Shown piece after piece: positions 26,800-39,382 of a stretch of DNA of 64,000 bases. Position numbers and translations under genes: made by a program. The notes beneath the pieces are model-generated. The model ran no database searches. It saw only the letters and a program-made list of their open reading frames with translations, and was not told where the DNA came from. Position 1 is the first letter of the stretch; every line of letters begins with the position of its first letter. Source of the stretch: Octopus vulgaris (lineage: Eukaryota); NCBI GenBank assembly GCA_951406725.2, contig OX597832.1:65472001-65536000 (forward strand), written 5' to 3'.

Positions 26800-27270
26800 A
26801 TGAACATCTTGCCCCCACTCGCAATCTAGGGGTGCTAAATATAATGCTCTTAATATTGGGGGTACTGCTAAAAGAGACTCTAAAGTTGTTCTTTTTGAAA
26901 ATGCGTCCGTATTCTTGAAAATGGACCAGTGAAATATTTATCTATTAATTTAACAAATATCCTACCAACACACGTTTGTACGTTAAGACAGAAGCGGAGC
27001 AAACCAAATGATATTTCTGTGGTGCTACCTTCAACAGATTTCGGGGCCCGGAATGTAGGAGATGCGGTCTCTAAATCTGTTATCAGCTGGGGCCTCGATA
27101 TAGTAGGGTGCTACTGCATCAAATATCTTTTGGCTGGAGGAAAGATTCGTGATCCTCTTACTAACACCCTTCACCAGGTTTTTGAACACGAAGAATAGGT
27201 GAAAGAAGACTGTGTTGATGTACTTTACACTCTCATTTGGCGATCGATAGTTAAGAGGTGACAATCCCTT
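26800..27270 (-). mobile_element. Penelope-like element ORF fragment (RT C-terminus/linker before GIY-YIG)
   Basis: YRSPNESVKYINT...VFKNLVKGVSKRITNLSSSQKIFDAVAPYY..., then IWFAP..NVQTCVGRIFVKLIDKYF, typical of the Penelope RT thumb/linker. Confidence 0.7.
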
Positions 27271-27557
27271 TTGTTGTCATTGAGTAACAAGCTTATTTCC
27301 TCCACCATATTGGTGAGAGGCCACTCACTAGTGGGGCCTTTAGCCAACAAGTTTTTGGATGTGACAATATGGCATAAAGCCAGGCCATTTATGGACGTGA
27401 AACCTAAGGTAATCCCATAAACACCTTATCCGACTTTACTATATATATATATTTAAAATAATGAGGGAGATAAATTGAATATTAATTTAATTAATATCAA
27501 TTTAAAACCAGTAGCCTAGCATACAAAAATCTGAAAAATCAGAGAAAATTCTAATAC

Positions 27558-27911
27558 GTGTGTATATTTTAAGTGCTAAGAACCACTATGTGGTAAGCCA
27601 TATGCTAGAAGTAGATCACCAACGATCAAACTACAAAGAAAAGAATGTTCTCCAGAGGAAAATTCAGCCGACACCAGAATAATGTGCGCGCAAGGCAGGG
27701 CAAATGAAAATTATATAAAAAACAAGAATTAATCTCAGACCGATTAATTCTTGTTCTTTATATAATTTTCATCTGTCTTGCCCGCAATTTGTTCTGCTGT
27801 CCGCTGATTTTTTCTCTAGAGAACATTCTTTTCTTTGTAGTTTGATCGTAGGTGATCTACTTCTAGCATATGGCTGACCACATAGTGGTTCTTAGCTCTT
27901 TAAATACACAC
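27558..27911. repeat. Long palindrome (~170-bp arms, 7-nt loop), probably an inverted Penelope terminal repeat
   Basis: GCTAAGAACCACTATGTGGT..AAGAATTAATC-TCAGACC-GATTAATTCTT..ACCACATAGTGGTTCTTAGC, adjacent to the Penelope ORF fragment. Confidence 0.85.
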
Positions 27912-27917
27912 ACACAC

Positions 27918-27985
<68 letters not shown>

Positions 27986-27986
27986 T

Positions 27987-28140
27987 CAGTCCTCACTAAG
28001 TGTGACTAATGTTGCAAATGTTACCTCTCCTCTGAACATGTTTATATATTTTCGCTCTTTTTGAACATGAAGAGTATTTTCACCCTGATTTCTACCAATG
28101 AAGGTGCTTCAGCACCCTTAGTCACACTTAGTGACGATTT
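27987..28140. mobile_element. ~150-bp MITE
   Basis: TCACTAAGTGTGACTAA at the left end and TTAGTCACACTTAGTGA at the right end. No clear TSD. Confidence 0.65.
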
Positions 28141-28480
28141 AAATTTTCCCCTATTATATCACATTACGCCTGTGTGCGTGTGTGTGTGTGTATGTGGACA
28201 GGCATGTATACATCTGCGTGTTTGTTAGTGTGTGCAGTTGTGTACTTGTGTAAATGCGTATATTCGGTGTGGGTATGTCTATATGCTTCTCCTTCATCCT
28301 CTCGCCTGAAAAAAAGTAGATGCTCGTTTGTTTACATTCGCGAAGGTAATCTGGTGCCGATAAAAGAGACGATACAAAAGCACCGGTCTTGCTCCAACAT
28401 AGCTGGAATTCAATGAATAAGAATAGAAAATGTATAATAGAGATTGCATGCGTAAAAATATATATGTATATGATATACAT

Positions 28481-28641
<161 letters not shown>

Positions 28642-28708
28642 TACGTTCAACCATACATATATATTTCCCTGCGCTTACACATATGCATACGTAAGTATAC
28701 TTATACAC

Positions 28709-28745
<37 letters not shown>

Positions 28746-29136
28746 TCCTGTGTGTGTGTATATGAAGGTATGTATATAAATAGGCGTGTTCGTGCGCGTG
28801 CGATATTGTGTGGTTATGTGATTCTATGTCTCTTCGAGTATGCCTCTATTCATTCAAAAGATACGACCGAGTAGGTTAGTTCAATGGCTGTTGGTGTCTT
28901 CCTGTTTCTCTTTGTATTATTTTCAGCAGCTCACCAATGTTCCGCCACATCTACTCCAGCCAATCATAAGGATATTTGTTAGCTCTAATATTTCCTGCTA
29001 CATTTATTAATAAATGATATTTTTTTTATTAAAACGGATGTGTCAGAGAAATACAAATAAATATTTACTATAAATACGTCAATAAGGAAATAAATAACTA
29101 AAAAATGCATCAACGCACATATTAATGTTTGTACGC

Positions 29137-29218
<82 letters not shown>

Positions 29219-29281
29219 GCCCCTCTCTCCCTCTCTAACTATATACAATAATAGGTACATACATATATATATGCATACACA

Positions 29282-29530
<249 letters not shown>

Positions 29531-31775
29531 TATGTATATAAATATATATATATGTGTGTGTGTGTGTGTACAGAGTGTGACGTACAGAATTAAATATTGA
29601 GAAAAGAAATTCATCAGAATTTTCGAAAAAAATTGTATTTGACAAGAACGAAAGGGCTAATAATAATGAAGAAATTAAAGGAGTTGTTTCCAAAGTTCTG
29701 ACGAATTTCCTCTCTCTCTCTTTCTCTCTCTCTCTCTATGTATATATATATATATATGTATATATATAAATGTATACACACATATACAGATGTATATGTA
29801 TGTAGTTTAATTATTATGTGCGTTATATTACTTCCGCGTTTACTTTGTGTTCTAATTCCGCCGGGGGCGACTTTTCCCTTCATTCTTACGGAGTCGATAA
29901 ATTAAGTATCAATGAAACAGTTGAGCCTATGTCCCCTCCCCACCAAATTTGGCGCGTTGTGCCTCCAGTTGAAAGGATTATTTACGCGTATACACATACA
30001 CACATAAATATAAATATAAATATGAATATATATACAGTTCCCTAGATAGATAGACGTGCGTATACATTTGTGTTGCCCATCGGTGTTTGTGTAATATGAT
30101 ATTTTCTATTCTAGGCAGAAGGCCTAAAATTCTGGGGAGGGGGCCTGTCGATTAGATTGACCCCCATACCTAACTGGTGCTTAATTTATCGACTCCGAAA
30201 GGATGAGAGGCGTGCTAATGTTTCTGCCAACGAGCTAACGTTTCTGACTAATATAATGAGAGACCGGTGAATTAGGCAGATATTAGCTGAGAGTAGAGCT
30301 GCCTGTGTAAGCTCAGATGCGACTGTAAGCATTTTCTCTGATATAAGTAGCTATCTCGAGGAAATGTTGAAGTCAAATTAAGATACATTAACATTGACCT
30401 CACTAATATGTATCGCGCGTTCCTTATAGGTTTTCGGTAGACCACATTGTTACATTGTAGCTTTTGCATATGCAAAAATAACTATAATACATGTCTATTC
30501 GTTTATGTTCGACAATTGTTGTATTATGGACGAAAAGAAAAAAATATACGTAGAAAAGAACTTACTGCATTAAGGAAAACTTATGAATCGCGCCTTATTG
30601 CGGGTTCTGATAAATTTTGATAAACGTGAGAGACTTCTGTTACGCGGGAATACATAATTACTACTACAGGTATTGGATATTCTCTTCGCAATGCTTACTG
30701 ATTCACAAATCCCTAAACACACGCACATGCAGACAGACACACAGACACACTCACAAACACACACATACACACCCACTCACACACAGTCACACACATACAA
30801 TAACATAGAAATACTCACCCACATACATGTGTGCACATACACATACAGTCATATATATATACAGACACACTTCAGACGCACACACACACACGCACAAACA
30901 CACACAAGCCTATAAAAGTAGATGCATACCTACATAGATACACAGGTATATGCCTATACGGGATATATATAAAATGACTGAAGTATTGTGGCAGTCGCTT
31001 GTCCGATCTTGCGGTATTTGACCTCGGCTGTACGACCGGGAAGTTGACAGTTTGTGGTCGCGGAGTTCTATCACTCTAGTACTCCACTGGGTCTGGAAGT
31101 ACGGCTCAATCTCTTAGATGAATTGTCCTCACGGGACTAAATTTTCCAATCAACTTAACATGTTTGTATGCACACATTTGAAATGGTGGTTGACTCACAT
31201 GAGTTCCCTCTTTTCTTTGCAGCTTTTGGTTTTTCATCTCGCAGTTTGTCTAAAGTCATCCCCTTTTAGCTGCTGACTTCCCGACTATACGAAGGTTGTA
31301 TTGAGTTACATGTTTCAAATATTCCTCAAACATGCTTCTCATGGATCTTAATCAAGTGGCAGTCTCTAGCAATATATAAGGTTTTTTTTTCGGCGAACAC
31401 TTCATAAATATGGCATCTCCTCTATGTCAGACGATCTCCAGACAGAAAATGTTTGTAACATCTGCTGAGGAGTTTGTATGCTAAACGTTGGACTTGCTAA
31501 TAAGGTAAAATCTCAGACAGCGTCTACTAAAAAGATGTCACAAACACCATCGTATATAAGTATACACGTGCTTATACATACATACGTATATGTATGTGTT
31601 TGTGTCTGTGTGTGTGTTTTCTTTTCTTGTAATTCTATTAGGTCTTTCATCACTATCAAACATCATCTAAGTGAGGATATTTGTCTCGGTGCTTTTAGAT
31701 AGATGTACTTTCAACATTGCATTGCCGACTTCGGAGGACATTAGGACTTTGATGTGCACCGTCCACATGTCATTA

Positions 31776-32671
31776 TACGAACTCAACAAGTATTCGGAGT
31801 GTTGCCATAGTAACAAAGGTAAAGCACGCAGTGTAAAGTCGCTTCTCAGTGATTGAGCTTAACCACTGCTATGCATGCGCACTAAGTTTTAATGTTTTAG
31901 CTCACTTCGGTTGTTTACAGCAGTTCTTGGAAGGAAGGTGTGTAGCATGTGACCATCGCATTGACCATGAGAGAATGTTGTCATTGCGATACCTGCTCAG
32001 AGGCCAATGCGAAGTTGCAGAAAGTGTATGGAGAGGAGTATATGAACCACACACAAATGTACTATCGGTTCATACGTTTCCAAGATGGACAAAAAAAATG
32101 CCGATATTGACGAAAGCTATGGGAGACCCGCAACCAGAATACTAGAAGAACTGGGGAAAGATCGTAGTTGTGCGTGCAGCTGTGAGAGGAAATCCACAAA
32201 TAACCATCCGTGAGATATCTCAGGATGTGCAGATTAGTTACAGTTCATTTCAGTCCATTACCACTTAAGATTTGGTGATGAGGTTCGTGTCTGCCAAATT
32301 TTTACCAAAACTGCTTTTAGCTGACCAAAAGGACATTCGGGTTTCATTTGCACAAGATTCCTTTGATTGTGATAAGAACGATGTAATCTTTTTTGAAAAA
32401 TTTGTGTAGGTCTCTGAGCAGGTATCGCCAATCTGTTGGCCAAATTTGATGCAGATTCTCTGCTCAGCTTCCTCTGTCATTGTCAATGCAACGTTCGCAC
32501 GCCATGCAACTTCCTTCAAAGCACTGCTGTAAATAACGTGTGTAAGAAGTTAAATCTGCGTGCGCATGCACAGCAGAGCTCAAGGTCAATCTGTGCAAAG
32601 CAGATTCACTCTGCGTGCTTTAGCTTCGCTACAACGACAATAGTCCCTTTACTTATCGATGAGACCATGTA
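31776..32671. mobile_element. Mariner derivative made of two inward-facing 5' ends
   Basis: The plus strand has a 5' UTR then DTCSEANAKLQKVYGEE...RGNPQITIREIS...VSAKFLPKLL (WVPREL-like). The minus strand from 32671 has a homologous 5' UTR then MTEEAEQRICIKFGQQIGDTCSETY. Shared blocks include TAAAGCACGCAG, TGCATGCGCAC and GCGATACCTGCTCAGAG. Confidence 0.8.
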
Positions 32672-33907
32672 CATTAACCCTGCTTTCGCCACCCATACGA
32701 AAAAAGGAAAACTGGCCCTCATCCACAGCTCTACAGCGTTTCTAATATCTTTCCTCGTTACGGTTTTTGGCTGTTTGTTCTGTGTACCGCATTACATTGT
32801 ATTGTCGAAGGTATGGCTAAGTGTTTCAGCCGCTGTTTTGGCGGCTGTCTTCACTATAAAATGTGTAGCAGAAAGCACCACAATGTTTGCCTCAAATTTA
32901 GTACAAATTGGATTAATTCATCTATTGTCGTTTTCGTACTCTCGTGCGTATTTTGCTTTAATACACTAGCACAAAGGTAAATTTATTACGATTCTCCGGT
33001 ATTTATTCTTTCACATCAAATCGATTCACGAATGAGGTATCCAACTTGCAGCAATGTTAAAGTATTTTACTAGATGATTCTGGATCTTAGTTTCAAATCT
33101 ACTTCCAGCTTGAGTTTCGGTATTCTCGACTATAATATCTCATTTCATATATACCTAAGCTTTATTATATTTTGTTGCATTTGCCTTCAAATTTCGACTA
33201 CATTCCAAGCCAACGCACCTGCTTTGATTATAATATCATTTATTAATATTTTGTACGTCTCATAATATTGTTTCCAAATGGATACAAATGTTAAAATAAT
33301 TTCTATAAAGTCTGTTGTAAAATTAATGACGTGTAATAAAGAAATAAAGATCATTTTATATAAAGCTGAACTTATCTGATTAATCATTATTTTATTGTAG
33401 TTGGGGAAACAAAAACAAAAACAATCTAAACATATTTTCAAGTGTTTTACACAATGTTCCTGGCAAGTCCTTGACAGTGATCTGTGATAAAACTGTCTCA
33501 CATAGTCACATTTGGTAGGATAGCTGCAATTAGTAGTGTCGTCTCCAGTATATGGAATGGGATATACGTTATGCGCACTTCTATAGTAATTTATAAGATA
33601 AATTATGACCTGGAAGAATTTTAAAAATGAGAATATAATATATAATAAAAATATAGAAAATCTTATCTTGGCTCTTTTACGGATCTTGCAATTTCATTGT
33701 TCTCCTTCAGGAGTTCAAAAATGGTGAACGAAGAAAATTGCCTCTGCCTTGTGCCGTTTATCTAAATATAGAAAACTGGTCTTACAAAATGTTCACGTGT
33801 TAAATCTATGACATCGTCTGTTTAGTACAGCAGTTAATCAGCTAGAAATTTTAGGGTCAACTGCCTAAGAGAAAAAATAGATACAACATATTGAATATAT
33901 ATATGTA

Positions 33908-34615
<708 letters not shown>

Positions 34616-34957
34616 GAAGATATATATATATATATATATATAAACGTTCATATGTACCGGGGTATAAGGGAAAGAGCAGGGGTTTTCTCAATAATATTAA
34701 TATCACATTACGTAAGTTGAGCAGAGAAAGCCTAAAATCTAGAGGCCGTCTCGTATTTGTCCCTATTTTGTTACCCTTCTTTCCCTGTACGATGAAAGAT
34801 GGTCGCCGTATGCACACGCAATCTTTCAAGTCATATGCTGTTGAGACAAACTTTTAAAAGATATACGTAATCCCTACTAAATGTATTGTGCGCCAATCAC
34901 TCGCACGCGCACAGAGACACCCCCAAACACAAACCCAGACACACACATAAACATCTA

Positions 34958-35013
<56 letters not shown>

Positions 35014-35130
35014 CATCAGTCTATTTCTAAGTATATATATTCTGATCAATGCTCTCTGCTTGTCTTTCCTTACTTGCAGATGTATATACATACTTACATA
35101 CATACACACATACATACATACATACATACA

Positions 35131-35205
<75 letters not shown>

Positions 35206-35300
35206 TCAATAAAAAAAGGGTAAAATTAATTAATTATTAATTAATTCGACAGAGCAGTATTCGGTGAGTAAAACGACCATTTACGGTATATTTGAAATAT

Positions 35301-35673
35301 TACTTTATAAAAATAGGGTAAAGTAAAATAATTTGCTTTACCACACACCGAGCGTTTTAGAAATAGCAGCCAAAAATTTGGCTATTTCTTCTACTGCAAG
35401 AAAAGTCTCCCAGACAATGCATACTCAGAAATAACTCACATAGGTATACGGGAAAAACAACGAAAGATCACATCCATATGAGATACCCGAGGACAGCCTG
35501 TTTCGGGATTACTTGACTAAACGCCAACATTTCCAATGTGAGTTATTTCTGAGTATGCATTGTCTGGGAGACTTTTTCTTGCAGTAGAAGAAATAACCAA
35601 ATTTTGGCTGCTATTTCTAAAAAGCTCGGTGTGTGGTAATGTAAATTATTTTACTTTACCCTATTTTTATAAA

Positions 35674-35676
<3 letters not shown>
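35301..35676. repeat. High-identity inverted repeat (~140-bp arms, ~95-bp spacer), Penelope-like
   Basis: 35301-35441 is the near-perfect reverse complement of 35536-35676. On the minus strand the spacer contains CCCGAAAC-AGGCT-GTC-CTCG, a hammerhead 3' half. Confidence 0.85.
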
Positions 35677-35748
<72 letters not shown>

Positions 35749-36489
35749 CATACATACATACATGTATATAAACATATATATATATGTATATATAAGAATA
35801 TATATATTACATACCTTACCCTGTTTGTGTGCATGCTGGTTGTGTCTGGTGGAATTTGTATATGTATGTACGTATATGTGTGTGTGCGTATCTGTGTGGC
35901 ACCTATGTGTATACATGAGCTTGTGCGTGTAGTCTTTTTTTCTCTTATTCGTTCTTTTTCTTTATTACTCGTTTTAATCAATTCCGTGCTTGTCTAGTTT
36001 CAACGCATGAATATTAATGAATTCAATGGAGAAGTGAACTGATAGAGAAAAACAACTATTGACCTACATAGGTTACCTCTACACATCTGTGTGATTGGTT
36101 TATTAATTATTTACTGGAATACGTCCAGTCAATGGCACAAATAGAACCGTAGTGTATGATACAATTCTCGAACTCACTCAATAAACACCGATGTAGTACC
36201 ATCTCATGTAACTAAATTGAGTTCAAAAATATAGTCCGCGTGCGTCTTTTTAACAATATATGTTTCTATTTTTATAGCTTAGTTAGAGGGTAGCGTTGAA
36301 TGAGATAATCAATGATAAATGTCTATTCAAGCGTGACTTACATGTCTTTATTTTTGGGTTTTAGACATTGTGTACATATCGACAGATAAGAATTACACAA
36401 CGGCATTTCTCTTGAAGAGATTTGTACGTTATTTGACGGAGATTTTGGTTGCTACATCTGGTTTTGGTACTGGCGCTACAAGCTTTGCT

Positions 36490-36665
36490 TTGGCAGGAAC
36501 GTTAGCATGGGGGTCAACATTCTTAACAGTGTTTCTTCCGGCTTTACCTTTCGAGTTCAAACTTCGCCGATGTTGACTTTGCTTTTCAAACGGTCGATAA
36601 GATAAACACCAGTTCAGAACTGGATCCCCCTCAACATTTCAGGCCATATGTCAATAGCAGGAATA
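36490..36665 (+). mobile_element. SINE family B copy ending in an (AAT)n tract
   Basis: TTGGCAGGAACGTTAGC...GAGTTCAAACTTCGCCGATGTTGACTTTGCTTTTCA...GGTCGATAA. Confidence 0.65.
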
Positions 36666-36679
36666 ATAATATTAATAGT

Positions 36680-36799
<120 letters not shown>

Positions 36800-37026
36800 T
36801 TTCTTTCCGAGACGACGGACGTGTGCGAAGCGGCTCCGTAAGTTTTCTGCAAATTTTGTTAGAAATCCTGTGAAAAGTTTTTATATTTTTCGATATTTGT
36901 GTGGCCATGCTGACTAACTTCTCGCGGAGCTAGTTGGCTAGGCAAAATTTTACCCCATTGGGGGTAAAATCACTGTTTAATATTTGACTTTTGCATACAT
37001 TTCACTCACAAATTTTCAAAATAGCT

Positions 37027-39338
37027 ATGAAAAGAACTGACTGTTCTCTCCTTCAAGCTTCACACCCACCGCACGAAAAAATTTCGTTAGCGGCTCGGAA
37101 CCGCCCATTTCGTGCCTTAAAAGGCAAAGAAAATATTCCGATGGAACGTGCTGGAAAGCAAAACGTTCCAAATGAAAATAAAAACGAAGGCGTCACTTTC
37201 GACGTCATCAAAGATTTCCCTACTCTTCCCGCTAGCAATGTCCCAGCACTGGACATTGACGGAAGAAAGGGCGTTCCGAAGAGACAGAACAACGATGGCG
37301 TCACCTTTGACGTCAACGAAGATTTTGCTTCTTTTCTTTCCACCAGTGCAACAGCACCGGAAAAAGAAGCAAAGATAATGACCAGCAAGCACACCGACAC
37401 CACCACCAGCAACATCACAACAAGCCACCATAGTAATTTCGCCTCCGCCACAAAAGAAAATTCGGAGGAAATAAAAGTTACAATACATCAAATAAAATCC
37501 GCAAAGGAGTTGTTGAGAAAAGAGGGAAACACCGTTTTCCTCAATACACCTCAACAACTCATCTCTCTCTATATAAACGGCAGTTTGTCTGTGCGTGTTT
37601 CTGTGTGTCTGTTTTCTCGTACCCTCACTCTGACCACGGCTTTCAACCGATTCTGATGAAACTTGACACACACATAGCCCAATGTCATAATTCAAAACTA
37701 ACGCAGCGAAAATTTTGAAAAGTTCCCCCAGTTCTGAAAAAAATCGATAAATTCGACATGGGGTCGAGAATCAGAAACCCAAACCACAGACCGTCTAGGG
37801 GACGCAACTCCACCTTTTTTAAATCCCCCCCCCAAAATTTACCATAATTTTTTTCCATTTTTTTGCTATTTTTTGGCTATAACTCTCTAAAAATGCTTTA
37901 TAGTTATTTCCCTTACAAACCTGAGCAACGCCGGGCGATACTGCTAGTAAATGATACAAACAAGAAAACAATAATTTACAAGGTGTCTGAAAAAAAAATC
38001 AAAAGAGTGACGAACGCAACACCCCAGCAATTGGAAATAGCTCTGAAGCCCATATGGGCCAAAAAGAGCTATGTCACCAGAGGGAAGCGTTACGGAACCG
38101 TGGAGGTTCGCTTCCCAACAGAAGAGGATGCAAGGGCGCATGCTATTTCGCCCTTGCAAAATGAAAGTTTGTTCCTGGTACCATCATACCTCGGGCGAAG
38201 GGTCCAAAAAATAAAAATAGACACAGTACCACCCGAACTGAGTGTATCATGGCTGGTGGCGGCTGTCCTCTATGATATAGAGGACACTGCCACTATTCTA
38301 GATGTACAAAAGGTGAGGGAGAAAAACTGGTCAGGTATGGGAGTTCAACTGCTTGTACAAATCCAGCAGGAAAACATTAATGCCATACCTGACTCGGTAA
38401 ATTTACCAGATGGAACCAGGCTGCACGTTACTGTGGAGGGGCGAAAGCCAAAATGTTACCTCTGCAGCAGCGAAATCCACCTAAAAAAGGACTGCCCCAT
38501 TCACAAAAAAAGAATGGAGGCAAACGGCAAGAGGCAGCAGCAGCAACAACAACAACAGCAACAACAACAACATAAACAACAACAGCACGAAACACCAAAG
38601 GCTGCCACACCACCAACACCATCACCACCACCACGACGAACGACACCACCTCCAACAACAACCACCAAACCAACACCAACCCCAGCACCTAGAAAATCAA
38701 CAACAAAACGAAAGGAAGAAGAAAACTCACCGACACCGTCACCATCAGCAACAGATACAGCAACACCACCGCTACCAGCAGAACCAAAAGTTTTTCGCCC
38801 TGCTGCTGAAGCGGATCCGACAGCCATCCCCTTTCCGGCTCAAGACAGCTCGGATTGTGCGAGCACTGATACCGAGAAAGGGGAATGGCACACAGTGCAT
38901 CCCAAAAAGAAAAGGATGAAAAAACAAAAGAACACACAGGGGAAGCACGAACACATAGTGCTTCCCAACATCAACAACAACAACACACACTCACAACAAC
39001 AAACAACAACAACACTTTCGACACCACTACTGCCACTGCCACACACACCAACACCAATTACATCAGTAAACACAATGAATGAAAAACTAGTTGCATACCT
39101 AAAAGACAAAACAAGTACAAACATAACATATTTCGTTATACCAACACACAACACACCACCAGCACACATTCTCACAATAAAAATCAACGCAACAACATAC
39201 ACTGACATAAAACAAATATTCCCTAACGATGTGGGATCGGTAAGGAAAAGTTTCTCAAAGAAACTATATAAGAATATTGTGGAAGCACCCGTGCAAAAGC
39301 ACAAGGGAGCCACCCCCACCACCAACAACAGTAAGTAG
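37027..39338 (+). pseudogene. Tx1-type ORF1 (gag-like nucleic-acid chaperone), ~641 aa once the Helitron is removed
   Basis: ORF 36991-37656 and ORF 37863-39338 join in frame (NTPQQL-I-NDTNKK) when 37562-37947 is removed. It has the zinc knuckle CYLCSSEIHLKKDC, poly-Q, a Pro/Thr-rich tract and GEWHTVHPKKKR. Confidence 0.85.
37562..37947 (+). mobile_element. 386-bp non-autonomous Helitron
   Basis: Starts TC and ends CCTGAGCAACGCCGGG (GC-rich hairpin-like) GCGATACTG-CTAG. It is inserted between host A(37561) and T(37948) with no TSD. Confidence 0.9.
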
Positions 39339-39382
39339 AGCCTTTTTTCTCGTTTTATTTTTTTCTTTCCACCTTTGAAAAA

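Noticed and set aside
30960-31460. Possible RTE-type LINE 3' remnant (similar hints at ~52800-53500)
   Set aside because: Only vague motif resemblance across multiple frameshifts; not enough to call.
36370-36576. Short ORF and reverse-frame Lys/Pro/Ala-rich peptide resembling an exon
   Set aside because: It largely overlaps a SINE family B copy.
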